Source: Clostridia bacterium (GTDB lineage Bacteria > Bacillota > Clostridia > UMGS1883). From it: a stretch of 37,057 bases of DNA. Positions within the stretch are counted from its first letter, which is position 1. Each line of letters opens with the position of its first letter. The stretch is from positions 1 to 37,057 of the forward strand of contig JAZNOC010000055.1 in NCBI GenBank assembly GCA_045580605.1, given 5' to 3'. Under the pieces are notes generated by a model. That model was given only the letters and a program-made list of their open reading frames with translations, had not been told where the DNA came from and did no database searches. Shown here piece by piece: positions 18,771 through 27,175 of this stretch. The position numbers and the translations under genes are program-made.

Positions 18771-19121
18771 ATGAAACTTTTTGAAATTAAAGAAATTCTT
18801 GGTGCAGAGGTTTTTGCAGGGGAGGAACTTCTTGACAAGGAAATACACTCTGCTTGCGGAAGCGACCTTATGAGCGACGTACTTGCTTTTGTAAAGGACC
18901 AGGCGCTTCTTCTCACGGGTCTTGTTAACGGTCAGGTTGTACGTACGGCGGAAATGATGGACATAAAGGCAATAATCTTTGTTCGTGGGAAAAAGCCCAC
19001 CGAAGAGGTTATAGAACTTGCAAAGGAGTTTGGCATTGTGATTATGTCAACGCAGAGTGCTATGTATGCCTCCTGCGGAAAGCTCTACACAGCAGGTCTT
19101 GGTTTTGACGAGGTGGAGTAA
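18771..19121 (+). CDS. DRTGG-domain protein (first of two)
   Basis: 117 aa. ALLLTGLVNGQVVRTAEMMDIKAIIFVRGKKPTEEVIELAKEFGIVIMST matches the DRTGG-domain pattern. ATG at 18771 follows AAAGGAGAAAGGA. Confidence 0.7.
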   Translation: MKLFEIKEILGAEVFAGEELLDKEIHSACGSDLMSDVLAFVKDQALLLTGLVNGQVVRTAEMMDIKAIIFVRGKKPTEEVIELAKEFGIVIMSTQSAMYASCGKLYTAGLGFDEVE

Positions 19122-19543
19122 TGGAAAACTCAGTAAAACTTCACTACAAGGTGGATGAAAACGATTTCACCCTTGCGGGCGAGGCGAGCAGTGCCACGAA
19201 AAAGGTGCTTAAGCAGCTTGGATTTTCTGCCGAGGTTATCCGTAAGGTAGCAATAGCGATGTACGAGTGCGAAATAAATATGGTAATTCACGCTAACGGC
19301 GGCGAAATAGATGTTGAGATTTCGCCTGAAAAAATAGTAATGACACATAAAGACAAAGGCCCCGGAATAAAAGATATAGAGGCCGCTATGACGGCAGGCT
19401 ATTCAACCGCAAGCGAAAAGGTGCGTGAGCTTGGTTTTGGCGCTGGTATGGGGCTTCCGAATATGAAAAAGTATACCGACAGGCTCGACATAAAAACCGA
19501 GATTGGCGTTGGCACAACGGTTGAAATGACGGTGCTTGTCTGA
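19121..19543 (+). CDS. RsbW/SpoIIAB-like GHKL Ser/Thr protein kinase (anti-sigma-factor-type ATPase)
   Basis: 140 aa. ECEINMVIHANGG, DKGPGI and GFGAGMGLPNMKK are N, G1 and G2 boxes without a HisKA domain. The start overlaps the previous stop (TAATG). Confidence 0.75.
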   Translation: MENSVKLHYKVDENDFTLAGEASSATKKVLKQLGFSAEVIRKVAIAMYECEINMVIHANGGEIDVEISPEKIVMTHKDKGPGIKDIEAAMTAGYSTASEKVRELGFGAGMGLPNMKKYTDRLDIKTEIGVGTTVEMTVLV

Positions 19544-19559
19544 AAGGGGGAAAACTCCT

Positions 19560-20849
19560 GTGGAAAAGGAAAAAGGCATAATCTATCATAGCGTGCGTCT
19601 TGAACAGGATGCGTGCAAGGGGTGTACTACGTGTATGCGCTCGTGTCCCACTCAGGCTATCCGTGTTCAAAACGGAAAGGCTAAGATAATAAATGAGCGT
19701 TGTATCGACTGCGGTGAGTGTGTGCGCAGATGCCCTTACCACGCAAAAAAGGTCGTGTGCGACTCTATCGATAATCTTAAAAACTACAAATACAATGTGG
19801 CACTCCCGGCTCCTGCATTTTGCAGTCAGTTCAAAAGAGCTGAGGATATTGATATCGTGCTTTATGCACTTACGCAAATTGGCTTTGATGATGTTTTTGA
19901 GGTGGCAAGGGGTGCCGAGGTAATCACTCAAAAAGCAAAGGAAATGATTGAGGAAGGAAAACTGAAAAAACCTGTAATTTCCTCTGCCTGCCCTGCGGTT
20001 GTAAGGCTTATTGCAGTGCGTTTTCCGTCGCTTGCCGATAATATTATTCCGCTTACTTCCCCGATGGAGTGTGCTGCACAGATGGCAAGGGAGGAGGCAC
20101 GCAAAAAGACGGGTCTCACGGACGAAGAAATCGGTGTTTTCTTTATATCACCGTGTACAGCAAAAATCACAGCCGTAAAGCAACCGCTTGCGATTAACAA
20201 ATCTGCGGTAAGCGGCGTTGTTCCTATCAAAGATATCTATATGCTTCTGGCACATAAACTCGATAAAATCTCAGATGTACCGAGCCTTTCAAAGGCAGGT
20301 AAAAATGCGGTGTCATGGGCACGCAGCGGTGGAGAGGCAAATGCACTTGGCATTGATAACTTCGTTTGCGTTGACGGTGTACATAATGTAGTTAAAATAC
20401 TTGAAGAAATTGAAGATGATAAACTGAGGGACATAGACTTTGTCGAGGCTCTTGCATGCGTTAGCGGGTGTACCGGAGGACCGCTTAACGTCGAAAATGA
20501 TTTTGTTGCAAATTCACGCCTGAGAAATCTTGTAAAGGATTTACCCGAGGTTTGTCATCAAGAGTCAGAAAACATAATTGTTGTCTGGGATAAAAAACCC
20601 GAATACAAGCCTATTTCTCCGCTTGACGAAAATATGGCGGAGGCAATGCGTAAAATGGCTCTTATGGAAGAAATATACGCCCGACTCCCTCAACTTGACT
20701 GTGGAAGCTGCGGCAGTCCAAGCTGCCGTGATTTTGCAGAGGATATCGTTCGAGGGAAGGCAAAAGAGCGTGATTGTATTTTCAGGTTGCGTGAGAAGAT
20801 TGAGCTTCTCGGCAAGGAAATTACAGAGCTTGGTAAAATGATTGACTGA
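19560..20849 (+). CDS. Putative sensory [FeFe]-hydrogenase-like protein (2x[4Fe-4S] ferredoxin domain, H-cluster domain, C-terminal Cys4 Fe-S motif)
   Basis: CKGCTTCMRSCP and CIDCGECVRRCP are ferredoxin motifs. The H-cluster motifs are degenerate: SSACPAV, SPCTAKI, ALACVSGCTGGP. C-terminal CGSCGSPSCRDF..C. The start is GTG at 19560 (after AAGGGGG) or TTG at 19536. Confidence 0.75.
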   Translation: MEKEKGIIYHSVRLEQDACKGCTTCMRSCPTQAIRVQNGKAKIINERCIDCGECVRRCPYHAKKVVCDSIDNLKNYKYNVALPAPAFCSQFKRAEDIDIVLYALTQIGFDDVFEVARGAEVITQKAKEMIEEGKLKKPVISSACPAVVRLIAVRFPSLADNIIPLTSPMECAAQMAREEARKKTGLTDEEIGVFFISPCTAKITAVKQPLAINKSAVSGVVPIKDIYMLLAHKLDKISDVPSLSKAGKNAVSWARSGGEANALGIDNFVCVDGVHNVVKILEEIEDDKLRDIDFVEALACVSGCTGGPLNVENDFVANSRLRNLVKDLPEVCHQESENIIVVWDKKPEYKPISPLDENMAEAMRKMALMEEIYARLPQLDCGSCGSPSCRDFAEDIVRGKAKERDCIFRLREKIELLGKEITELGKMID

Positions 20850-20859
20850 GGTGAAACAA

Positions 20860-21186
20860 ATGACAGTTAAAGAAATTGCACAAAAGCTTTCTCTGAATAC
20901 GGTTGTTGATGCAAATGGCGATGCAAGCGTCAGCGGCTGTTATATTGGTGATTTACTCAGCCTTGTTATGAGCAAGGCGCAAAGCGGTGATGCGTGGATA
21001 ACAATTCAGGGAAATGTAAATGTTCCTGCAGTGGCTTCGCTCACGGGAGCAGCAATGGTAATCATAGCGGAGGGAATGGCACTTGATGAAAATGCAAGAT
21101 TGCGTGCTGAAGAAGAGGGCATTGCAATTTACTCCTCAGAAAAAAGTGCCTATGCGCTTGCGTGCGAAATTCAAAAGTGCCTATGA
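20860..21186 (+). CDS. DRTGG-domain protein (second of two)
   Basis: DAWITIQGNVNVPAVASLTGAAMVIIAEGMALDENARLRAEEEGIAIYSS has the same fold pattern as 18771..19121. ATG at 20860 follows GAGGTG. Confidence 0.65.
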   Translation: MTVKEIAQKLSLNTVVDANGDASVSGCYIGDLLSLVMSKAQSGDAWITIQGNVNVPAVASLTGAAMVIIAEGMALDENARLRAEEEGIAIYSSEKSAYALACEIQKCL

Positions 21187-21884
21187 AATATTACTACGAT
21201 TTACACATCCATTCGTGCCTCTCGCCTTGCGGAGATATGGATATGACGCCCCACAATATTGCGGGGATGAGCCATATTAACGGGCTTGATATTATTGCCG
21301 TGGCAGACCATAACACTGCCCGTAATATAAGAGCGGTAAGTGAGGCTGCTAATGAGTATAACATTCTGGTTGTTCCGGCAATCGAAGCAGAGTCGGCGGA
21401 AAATATTCATCTTCTTTGTTTGTTTCCGTCAATTTCCGACGCAGAAAAAATGGGAGAAATTTTAGAGCAGCATCTGCCGCCCGTAAAAAACCGTCCCGAC
21501 ATATTTGGCGAACAAACCATAATGAACGAACTCGATCAGCAGCAGGGCACGGTTGAAAAGCTTCTCATAAACGCAACAGACTTTCCGCTTGAAAAAATAA
21601 AAGAGCTTGCCGAAGGCTTTGGCGGTGTTTGTATGGCGGCTCATATCGACCGTGAGAAAAACGGAATTAACGCAATATTGGGATGCGTTCCAAAGGAACT
21701 TGGCTTTACAGCGCTTGAGATTTCATCAAGAGCACCCAAGGATTATCCAAGGGAAGAAAACTACTTTTACATAACCAACAGCGATGCGCATTATCTCACG
21801 GACATATCAGAAAAAATTAGCTCAATAGAGCTTAAAGAGAAAACAATTGACGAATTATTGAGAAAATTAAAATATTTTAGGTAA
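21183..21884 (+). CDS. PHP-family metal-dependent phosphoesterase
   Basis: YYDLHIHSCLSPCGD and IAVADHNT are PHP His/Asp motifs. ATGA overlap with the previous gene. Confidence 0.8.
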   Translation: MKYYYDLHIHSCLSPCGDMDMTPHNIAGMSHINGLDIIAVADHNTARNIRAVSEAANEYNILVVPAIEAESAENIHLLCLFPSISDAEKMGEILEQHLPPVKNRPDIFGEQTIMNELDQQQGTVEKLLINATDFPLEKIKELAEGFGGVCMAAHIDREKNGINAILGCVPKELGFTALEISSRAPKDYPREENYFYITNSDAHYLTDISEKISSIELKEKTIDELLRKLKYFR

Positions 21885-21899
21885 AAAGCAAGATTTATA

Positions 21900-21928
21900 T
21901 AGACAAGCTCAAGATAGTTTGATATAAT
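21900..21928 (+). promoter_or_regulatory. Sigma-A type promoter of the hydrogenase structural operon
   Basis: TAGACA (21900-21905), 17-nt spacer ending in TGA, TATAAT (21923-21928). Confidence 0.55.
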
Positions 21929-21968
21929 ATTCTATTGATAAAACAAAATTACAAGGAGGTCTAAAAAT

Positions 21969-22463
21969 ATGAGCAAACAGGCAGTTATTCCCTTCAAGGG
22001 AACAGCAGAACAGGAAAAAGAGCTTATGCAGGTTATTGCAGAGCACAAGGGCCAAGAGGGTGCACTTATTCCCGTTTTGCACAAGGCTCAGGAAATTTAC
22101 GGATATCTTCCGATTGAAGTGCAGACCATGATTGCAGAGGGTCTCGACGTAACTCTTGCAGAGGTTTACGGAGTTGTAACCTTCTACACACAGTTCTCAC
22201 TTAATCCCAAGGGAGAGTATAAGATTGCAGTATGTCTTGGTACAGCTTGCTACGTTAAGGGCAGCGGCGATATTCTCGACAAATTTAAGCAGATACTTGG
22301 TATCGGCGTTGATGAATGTACACCCGACGGTAAGTTCTCAATCGAGGCTACACGTTGCATAGGTGCGTGTGGACTTGCACCCGTTCTTACTGTTAATGAA
22401 GATGTTTACGGAAGACTCGTTGTTGACGATGTACCGGGCATCCTTGAAAAATATATGAACTGA
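21969..22463 (+). CDS. hydC: NuoE-like [2Fe-2S] subunit of bifurcating hydrogenase
   Basis: Thioredoxin-like 2Fe-2S pattern CLGTAC...CIGACGLAP. Strong SD AAGGAGG. Confidence 0.85.
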   Translation: MSKQAVIPFKGTAEQEKELMQVIAEHKGQEGALIPVLHKAQEIYGYLPIEVQTMIAEGLDVTLAEVYGVVTFYTQFSLNPKGEYKIAVCLGTACYVKGSGDILDKFKQILGIGVDECTPDGKFSIEATRCIGACGLAPVLTVNEDVYGRLVVDDVPGILEKYMN

Positions 22464-22465
22464 TT

Positions 22466-23020
22466 ATGCAGGAAATAAGCTTAAATATTTTGGATATTGT
22501 CCAAAATTCCATTCGTGCAGAAGCAACTGTTATTGAAATAAATATCCTTGAAGATACAAAGGAAGATGTACTTTCCTTTTGCGTTAACGATAACGGATGC
22601 GGTATGAGTGAAGAAATGCTTAAACAAGTGAGCGACCCGTTTGTTACTACGAGAACAACGCGAAAGGTCGGTCTTGGAATATCACTTCTAAAAGCCGCTG
22701 CGCAGGCAGCAGGCGGGGATGTTGAACTTTCGAGTGAGCTTGGGGTAGGAACAAAACTCTGTGCAAGCTTTAAGCACTCGCATATTGACCGTCAGCCGCT
22801 TGGCGATATCGGCTCTGTTATAGTAACGCTTATAACTACCAATCCCAAAACAGATTTTATTTATTCTCATACATATAACGGGCGTAATTTTACGCTTGAT
22901 ACTATGGAACTGAGAAAAATTCTCGGGGATGAGGTAAGCCTTTCGGAAATAAGTGTTATGCAGTGGATTAGTGAATATTTAAAAGAAGGTTTGTCAGAAA
23001 TTTATGGAGGTGTATTATAG
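22466..23020 (+). CDS. GHKL ATPase-domain protein (histidine-kinase-like, no HisKA or receiver partner)
   Basis: ILDIVQNSIRA (N box), NDNGCGM (G1), KVGLGISLLK (G2). The C-terminal about 80 aa are of unknown function. Confidence 0.75.
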   Translation: MQEISLNILDIVQNSIRAEATVIEINILEDTKEDVLSFCVNDNGCGMSEEMLKQVSDPFVTTRTTRKVGLGISLLKAAAQAAGGDVELSSELGVGTKLCASFKHSHIDRQPLGDIGSVIVTLITTNPKTDFIYSHTYNGRNFTLDTMELRKILGDEVSLSEISVMQWISEYLKEGLSEIYGGVL

Positions 23021-23392
23021 ATGAAAAGCATAGCAGAACTTGAGGCTATCAAGAAAAGAGTTCTTGATAACGTAAATTTAAGAAAAGAAAGAGAAGACGG
23101 CATCAGAATAGTTGTGGGTATGGCAACTTGCGGTATTGCAGCAGGTGCACGCCCTGTTATGACAGCTTTTCTGGAAGAGGTTGCAAAACGTCAGCTCGGT
23201 AACGTTGTTGTTGAGCAGACAGGTTGTATCGGTGTATGTCGTCTTGAACCTATTGTTGAGGTTTATGTTCCGGGTGAGGAAAAAGTAACTTATGTTAAAA
23301 TGTCGCCCGATAAGGTTTCGAAGATTGTTGCAGAGCACATCGTTAACGGTCGTGCAGTAGCAGAGTATACAATCGGTGCAGAACAGAACTAA
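23021..23392 (+). CDS. Thioredoxin-like [2Fe-2S] ferredoxin
   Basis: MATCGIAAGA ... GCIGVCRLEP Cys pattern. 123 aa. Confidence 0.8.
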   Translation: MKSIAELEAIKKRVLDNVNLRKEREDGIRIVVGMATCGIAAGARPVMTAFLEEVAKRQLGNVVVEQTGCIGVCRLEPIVEVYVPGEEKVTYVKMSPDKVSKIVAEHIVNGRAVAEYTIGAEQN

Positions 23393-23409
23393 GAAGGGAG
23401 TTGTAGATA

Positions 23410-25203
23410 ATGGATTTATATAGAGCTCATGTGCTTGTCTGCGGTGGTACAGGCTGTACCTCTTCAGGCAGTATGCAGTTAGTTGACGAGTTTGAAGAAC
23501 AACTCAAGAAAAACGGCCTTGAAAAGGAAGTAAAGGTTGTTAAAACAGGATGTTTCGGTCTTTGCGCACTCGGTCCCATCGTTGTAGTTTACCCCGAGGG
23601 TGCATTCTACAGCCGTGTTGAAAAGGATGACGTAGCAGAAATCGTTACAGAGCATCTTCTTAAGGGTAGAATTGTTAAACGCCTTGTTTACAGTGAAACT
23701 GTTGAAGAGGATTCTATCAAATCACTTAACGAGGTAACATTCTACAAAAAACAGATGCGTGTTGCACTTCGTAACTGCGGTGTTATAAATCCCGAAAACA
23801 TTGAAGAATATATAGCTTTCGACGGATACAAGGCATTGGCAACAGTGCTTACTGAAAAGACTCCTCAGGAAGTTATTGATATTATTAAGGCGTCAGGTCT
23901 TCGCGGACGTGGCGGCGGCGGTTTCCCCACAGGCTTAAAGTGGGAATTCGCATCAAAGAGTGTTAACGAGCAGAAGTATGTTTGCTGTAACGCCGACGAA
24001 GGCGACCCCGGTGCATTCATGGACAGAAGTATCCTTGAGGGCGACCCCCATAGCGTACTTGAGGCTATGGCTATCGCAGGCTATGCAATTGGCGCAAATC
24101 AGGGTTATATTTACATTCGTGCAGAGTATCCTATTGCCGTTCAGCGTCTTCAGATTGCTATTGACCAGGCTAAAGAGTATGGTATGCTTGGCGACGATAT
24201 ATTTGGTACAGGCTTCAGCTTTGATGTTGAGCTTCGTCTTGGTGCAGGTGCGTTCGTTTGCGGTGAGGAAACTGCTCTTATGACATCTATCGAAGGTCAT
24301 CGTGGTGAGCCGAGACCCCGTCCTCCGTTCCCTGCAGTTAAGGGCCTTTGGGGCAAGCCCACAATTCTTAACAACGTAGAAACTTATGCAAATATTCCCG
24401 TAATTATCAATAAGGGTGTTGAATGGTTTACATCAATTGGTACTGAAAAGAGCAAGGGTACAAAGGTATTCGCTCTCGGTGGTAAAATTCATAACACAGG
24501 TCTTGTTGAAGTTCCGATGGGTACAACTCTTCGTGAAGTTGTTGAGGAAATCGGTGGCGGTATCCCCAATGCCAAAAAGTTCAAGGGAGCTCAGACAGGT
24601 GGTCCCTCGGGCGGATGTATCCCTGCTTCTCTCATAGATACACCTATTGATTACGATTCACTTATTTCAATCGGTTCTATGATGGGTTCAGGCGGTCTTA
24701 TCGTAATGGACGAGGACAACTGTATGGTTGACATCGCTAAGTTCTTCCTTGAATTCACAGTTGACGAATCCTGCGGTAAGTGTTCGCCCTGCCGTATCGG
24801 TACAAAGCGTCTTCTTGAAATTCTTGATAAAATCACCAAGGGTAATGGTACTCTTGAAGATCTCGACCGCCTTGAGCTTCTTTGCAACAGCATTAAGAAT
24901 GCTTCTCTTTGCGGTCTTGGTCAGACAGCTCCCAACCCCGTACTTTCAACTCTCAGATACTTCAGAGATGAGTACATTGCACACGTTGTGGACAAGAAGT
25001 GTCCTGCAGGCGTATGTAAAGATCTTCTTAACTTTGAGATTATCGCCGATAAGTGTAAGGGATGTTCACTTTGCTCAAGAAAGTGTCCTGTTGGCGCAAT
25101 TTCAGGCGAAATCAAGAGTCCGTTTACAATTGATACATCAAAGTGTATTAAATGCGGTGCTTGTATTGAATCTTGTAAGTTTGGCGCAATCATTAAGAAA
25201 TAA
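23410..25203 (+). CDS. hydB: NuoF-like NAD(P)H/FMN subunit of bifurcating hydrogenase
   Basis: N-terminal 2Fe-2S (CGGTGC..CFGLCALGP), GRGGGGFPTGLKW FMN/NADH site, SLBB and CGKCSPCR 4Fe-4S, plus two C-terminal ferredoxin motifs (CKGCSLCSRKCP, CIKCGACIESC). Confidence 0.9.
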   Translation: MDLYRAHVLVCGGTGCTSSGSMQLVDEFEEQLKKNGLEKEVKVVKTGCFGLCALGPIVVVYPEGAFYSRVEKDDVAEIVTEHLLKGRIVKRLVYSETVEEDSIKSLNEVTFYKKQMRVALRNCGVINPENIEEYIAFDGYKALATVLTEKTPQEVIDIIKASGLRGRGGGGFPTGLKWEFASKSVNEQKYVCCNADEGDPGAFMDRSILEGDPHSVLEAMAIAGYAIGANQGYIYIRAEYPIAVQRLQIAIDQAKEYGMLGDDIFGTGFSFDVELRLGAGAFVCGEETALMTSIEGHRGEPRPRPPFPAVKGLWGKPTILNNVETYANIPVIINKGVEWFTSIGTEKSKGTKVFALGGKIHNTGLVEVPMGTTLREVVEEIGGGIPNAKKFKGAQTGGPSGGCIPASLIDTPIDYDSLISIGSMMGSGGLIVMDEDNCMVDIAKFFLEFTVDESCGKCSPCRIGTKRLLEILDKITKGNGTLEDLDRLELLCNSIKNASLCGLGQTAPNPVLSTLRYFRDEYIAHVVDKKCPAGVCKDLLNFEIIADKCKGCSLCSRKCPVGAISGEIKSPFTIDTSKCIKCGACIESCKFGAIIKK

Positions 25204-25220
25204 GAAAGGGGTGCAGTGAA

Positions 25221-26963
25221 ATGGAAATGGTTAATTTAAAAATTAATGGTCAGGATATTACAGTTCCTGCCGGATATACAGTTTTAGAGGCTGCACGCAG
25301 TGCAGGTATAGAGATTCCCACTCTTTGCTACCTTAAAGATATCAGCCAGACAGGTTCGTGCAGAATGTGTCTTGTTGAAATTAAAGGCGGAAGAGCACTT
25401 CAGGCAGCTTGCGTTTATCCCGTAAGCGAAGGTCTTGAGGTAATGACAAATACACCTAAGGTAAGAGAAACAAGACGTGTAACTCTTGAGCTTTTGCTCT
25501 CAAATCACGACAGAAAGTGCCTTACCTGTGCAAGAAACCGTAATTGTGAGCTTCAGGCTCTTGCTGAAGAGCTTGGCGTTGAAGATATTACATTCGATGG
25601 CGTAAGAACAGAATATGAGCTTGATAATCTTTCACCCTCTATCGTAAGAGATAACAACAAGTGCGTGCTTTGCCGCAGATGTATCAATGTTTGTAAGAAC
25701 ATCCAGACAGTTGGCGTTATCAACACAATGGAGCGTGGATTTAAGACTCAGGTTACTTGTGCATTTGAAGAAAGTCTTGGTAACGTTGCCTGCGTTAACT
25801 GTGGTCAGTGTATTGCAGTTTGCCCTGTAGGTGCACTTCGTGAAAAGGATTCTCTTGACGATGTATGGGCTGCTCTTGCAGACAGTGAAAAGCACGTTGT
25901 TGTGCAGACTGCTCCTGCAGTTCGTGCCGCTCTCGGTGAAGAATTCGGTTTTGAAATGGGTACACCTGTAACAGGCAAGATGGCAGCGGCACTTCGTCGC
26001 ATTGGCTTTGACAAGGTGTTTGATACTGACTTCAGTGCTGACCTTACAATTATGGAAGAGGGCACGGAGCTTATTGAAAGAATGACAAACGGCGGAAAGC
26101 TTCCGATGATTACATCATGCTCACCCGGTTGGGTAAAATTCTGTGAGCATAACTTCCCCGATATGCTTGACAACCTTTCAAGCTGTAAATCACCTCATGA
26201 AATGTATGGCGCAATCATCAAGTCATACTATGCTGAAAAAGAGGGTATTGACCCCAAGAACATCTATGTTGTGTCGGTAATGCCATGTACAGCTAAGAAG
26301 TTCGAAGCTCAGCGTGATGAGCTTTCAGTAAATGGATATCAGGATGTAGATGCAGTTATTACAACTCGTGAGCTTGCAAAGATGATAAAGCAGTCAGGTA
26401 TCCGCTTTGAAATGCTTCCTGATGAGAAGTTTGACGTTCCCTTTGGCGATGATGCTACAGGTGCAGGCGTTATCTTCGGTGCAACAGGCGGTGTTATGGA
26501 GGCAGCTATAAGAACAGTTGCAGACATTCTTGATAACACAAGCCACAGTGAAGTTGAATACGAAGCTGTTCGTGGATTGGAAGGCATCAAGGTTGCATCA
26601 GTTCAGGCAGGCGGAAAGACTATCCGTGCAGCAGTTGCACACGGTCTTGGCAACGCACGTGAGCTTTTAAATAAGGTAAGAAACGGCGAAATTGAACTTG
26701 ATTTCATCGAAATTATGGCTTGCCCCGGCGGTTGTGTAAACGGCGGTGGTCAGCCCATTGTTCCCGCAAGTGTAAGAATGGACAAGGATATTCGTGCTGA
26801 AAGAGCAAAGGCACTTTATCAGGAAGACAAAAACCTTCCTCTCAGAAAGAGCCACGACAATCCTTATATCAAGGCATTGTACGAAGAGTATCTTGAAAAG
26901 CCCGGTAGCCATAAGGCACATGAGCTTCTCCACACACATTATGTAGCTCGTCAGAAGCACTAA
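25221..26963 (+). CDS. hydA: [FeFe]-hydrogenase catalytic subunit, multi-cluster (bifurcating-type architecture)
   Basis: N-terminal 2Fe-2S, a His-ligated cluster (HDRKCLTCARNRNC), and two 4Fe-4S motifs. H-cluster motifs are ITSCSPGW, MPCTAKKFE and EIMACPGGCVNGGGQP. Confidence 0.9.
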   Translation: MEMVNLKINGQDITVPAGYTVLEAARSAGIEIPTLCYLKDISQTGSCRMCLVEIKGGRALQAACVYPVSEGLEVMTNTPKVRETRRVTLELLLSNHDRKCLTCARNRNCELQALAEELGVEDITFDGVRTEYELDNLSPSIVRDNNKCVLCRRCINVCKNIQTVGVINTMERGFKTQVTCAFEESLGNVACVNCGQCIAVCPVGALREKDSLDDVWAALADSEKHVVVQTAPAVRAALGEEFGFEMGTPVTGKMAAALRRIGFDKVFDTDFSADLTIMEEGTELIERMTNGGKLPMITSCSPGWVKFCEHNFPDMLDNLSSCKSPHEMYGAIIKSYYAEKEGIDPKNIYVVSVMPCTAKKFEAQRDELSVNGYQDVDAVITTRELAKMIKQSGIRFEMLPDEKFDVPFGDDATGAGVIFGATGGVMEAAIRTVADILDNTSHSEVEYEAVRGLEGIKVASVQAGGKTIRAAVAHGLGNARELLNKVRNGEIELDFIEIMACPGGCVNGGGQPIVPASVRMDKDIRAERAKALYQEDKNLPLRKSHDNPYIKALYEEYLEKPGSHKAHELLHTHYVARQKH

Positions 26964-26972
26964 AATAGCAAT

Positions 26973-27019
26973 ATATGGAGTAATTTGTGCAACTTGCACA
27001 AATTACTCCATATTCTTTT
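26973..27019 (+). terminator. Terminator of the hyd operon
   Basis: Perfect 20-bp inverted repeat ATATGGAGTAATTTGTGCAA / TTGCACAAATTACTCCATAT followed by TCTTTT. Confidence 0.8.
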
Positions 27020-27175
27020 GTAAAATTAGGTTAATGCGCATATTGAAATTTCATAAAAAATATTGTAGAATAATGTCGTACTAATTAAGTACAAACTTTT
27101 TTCATTTTCCCTCCTTTTAGTGGCAGAACGTGTAAACGCATCTGTCATTTTTTTTTGCAAAAAAATAATATATCT

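Noticed and set aside
21935-21954. A possible Rex (redox repressor) operator, TTGATAA-N6-TTACAA, between the hyd promoter and hydC.
   Set aside because: The half-sites are degenerate and the spacing is 2 nt longer than the TTGTTAA-N4-TTAACAA consensus I recall. I cannot support it without a PWM scan.
24728-25219. A 163-aa same-strand alternative-frame ORF overlapping the 3' part of hydB. Short ORFs at 23960-24283 and 24416-24637 are of the same kind.
   Set aside because: The hydB frame carries all the conserved NuoF and ferredoxin motifs, whereas the alternative frames have no motifs or start signals.
27085-27114. A minus-strand mini-ORF MKKVCT-stop preceded by AAGGAGGG.
   Set aside because: It has only 6 codons and the SD-to-ATG spacing is short (3-4 nt). 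There is no convincing promoter, and it runs into the hyd terminator. It is probably chance or the relic of a destroyed gene start.
27148-27165. A T9-GC-A7 palindrome.
   Set aside because: It is a pure A/T homopolymer hairpin with negligible stability in an AT-rich spacer, and I can assign no function.
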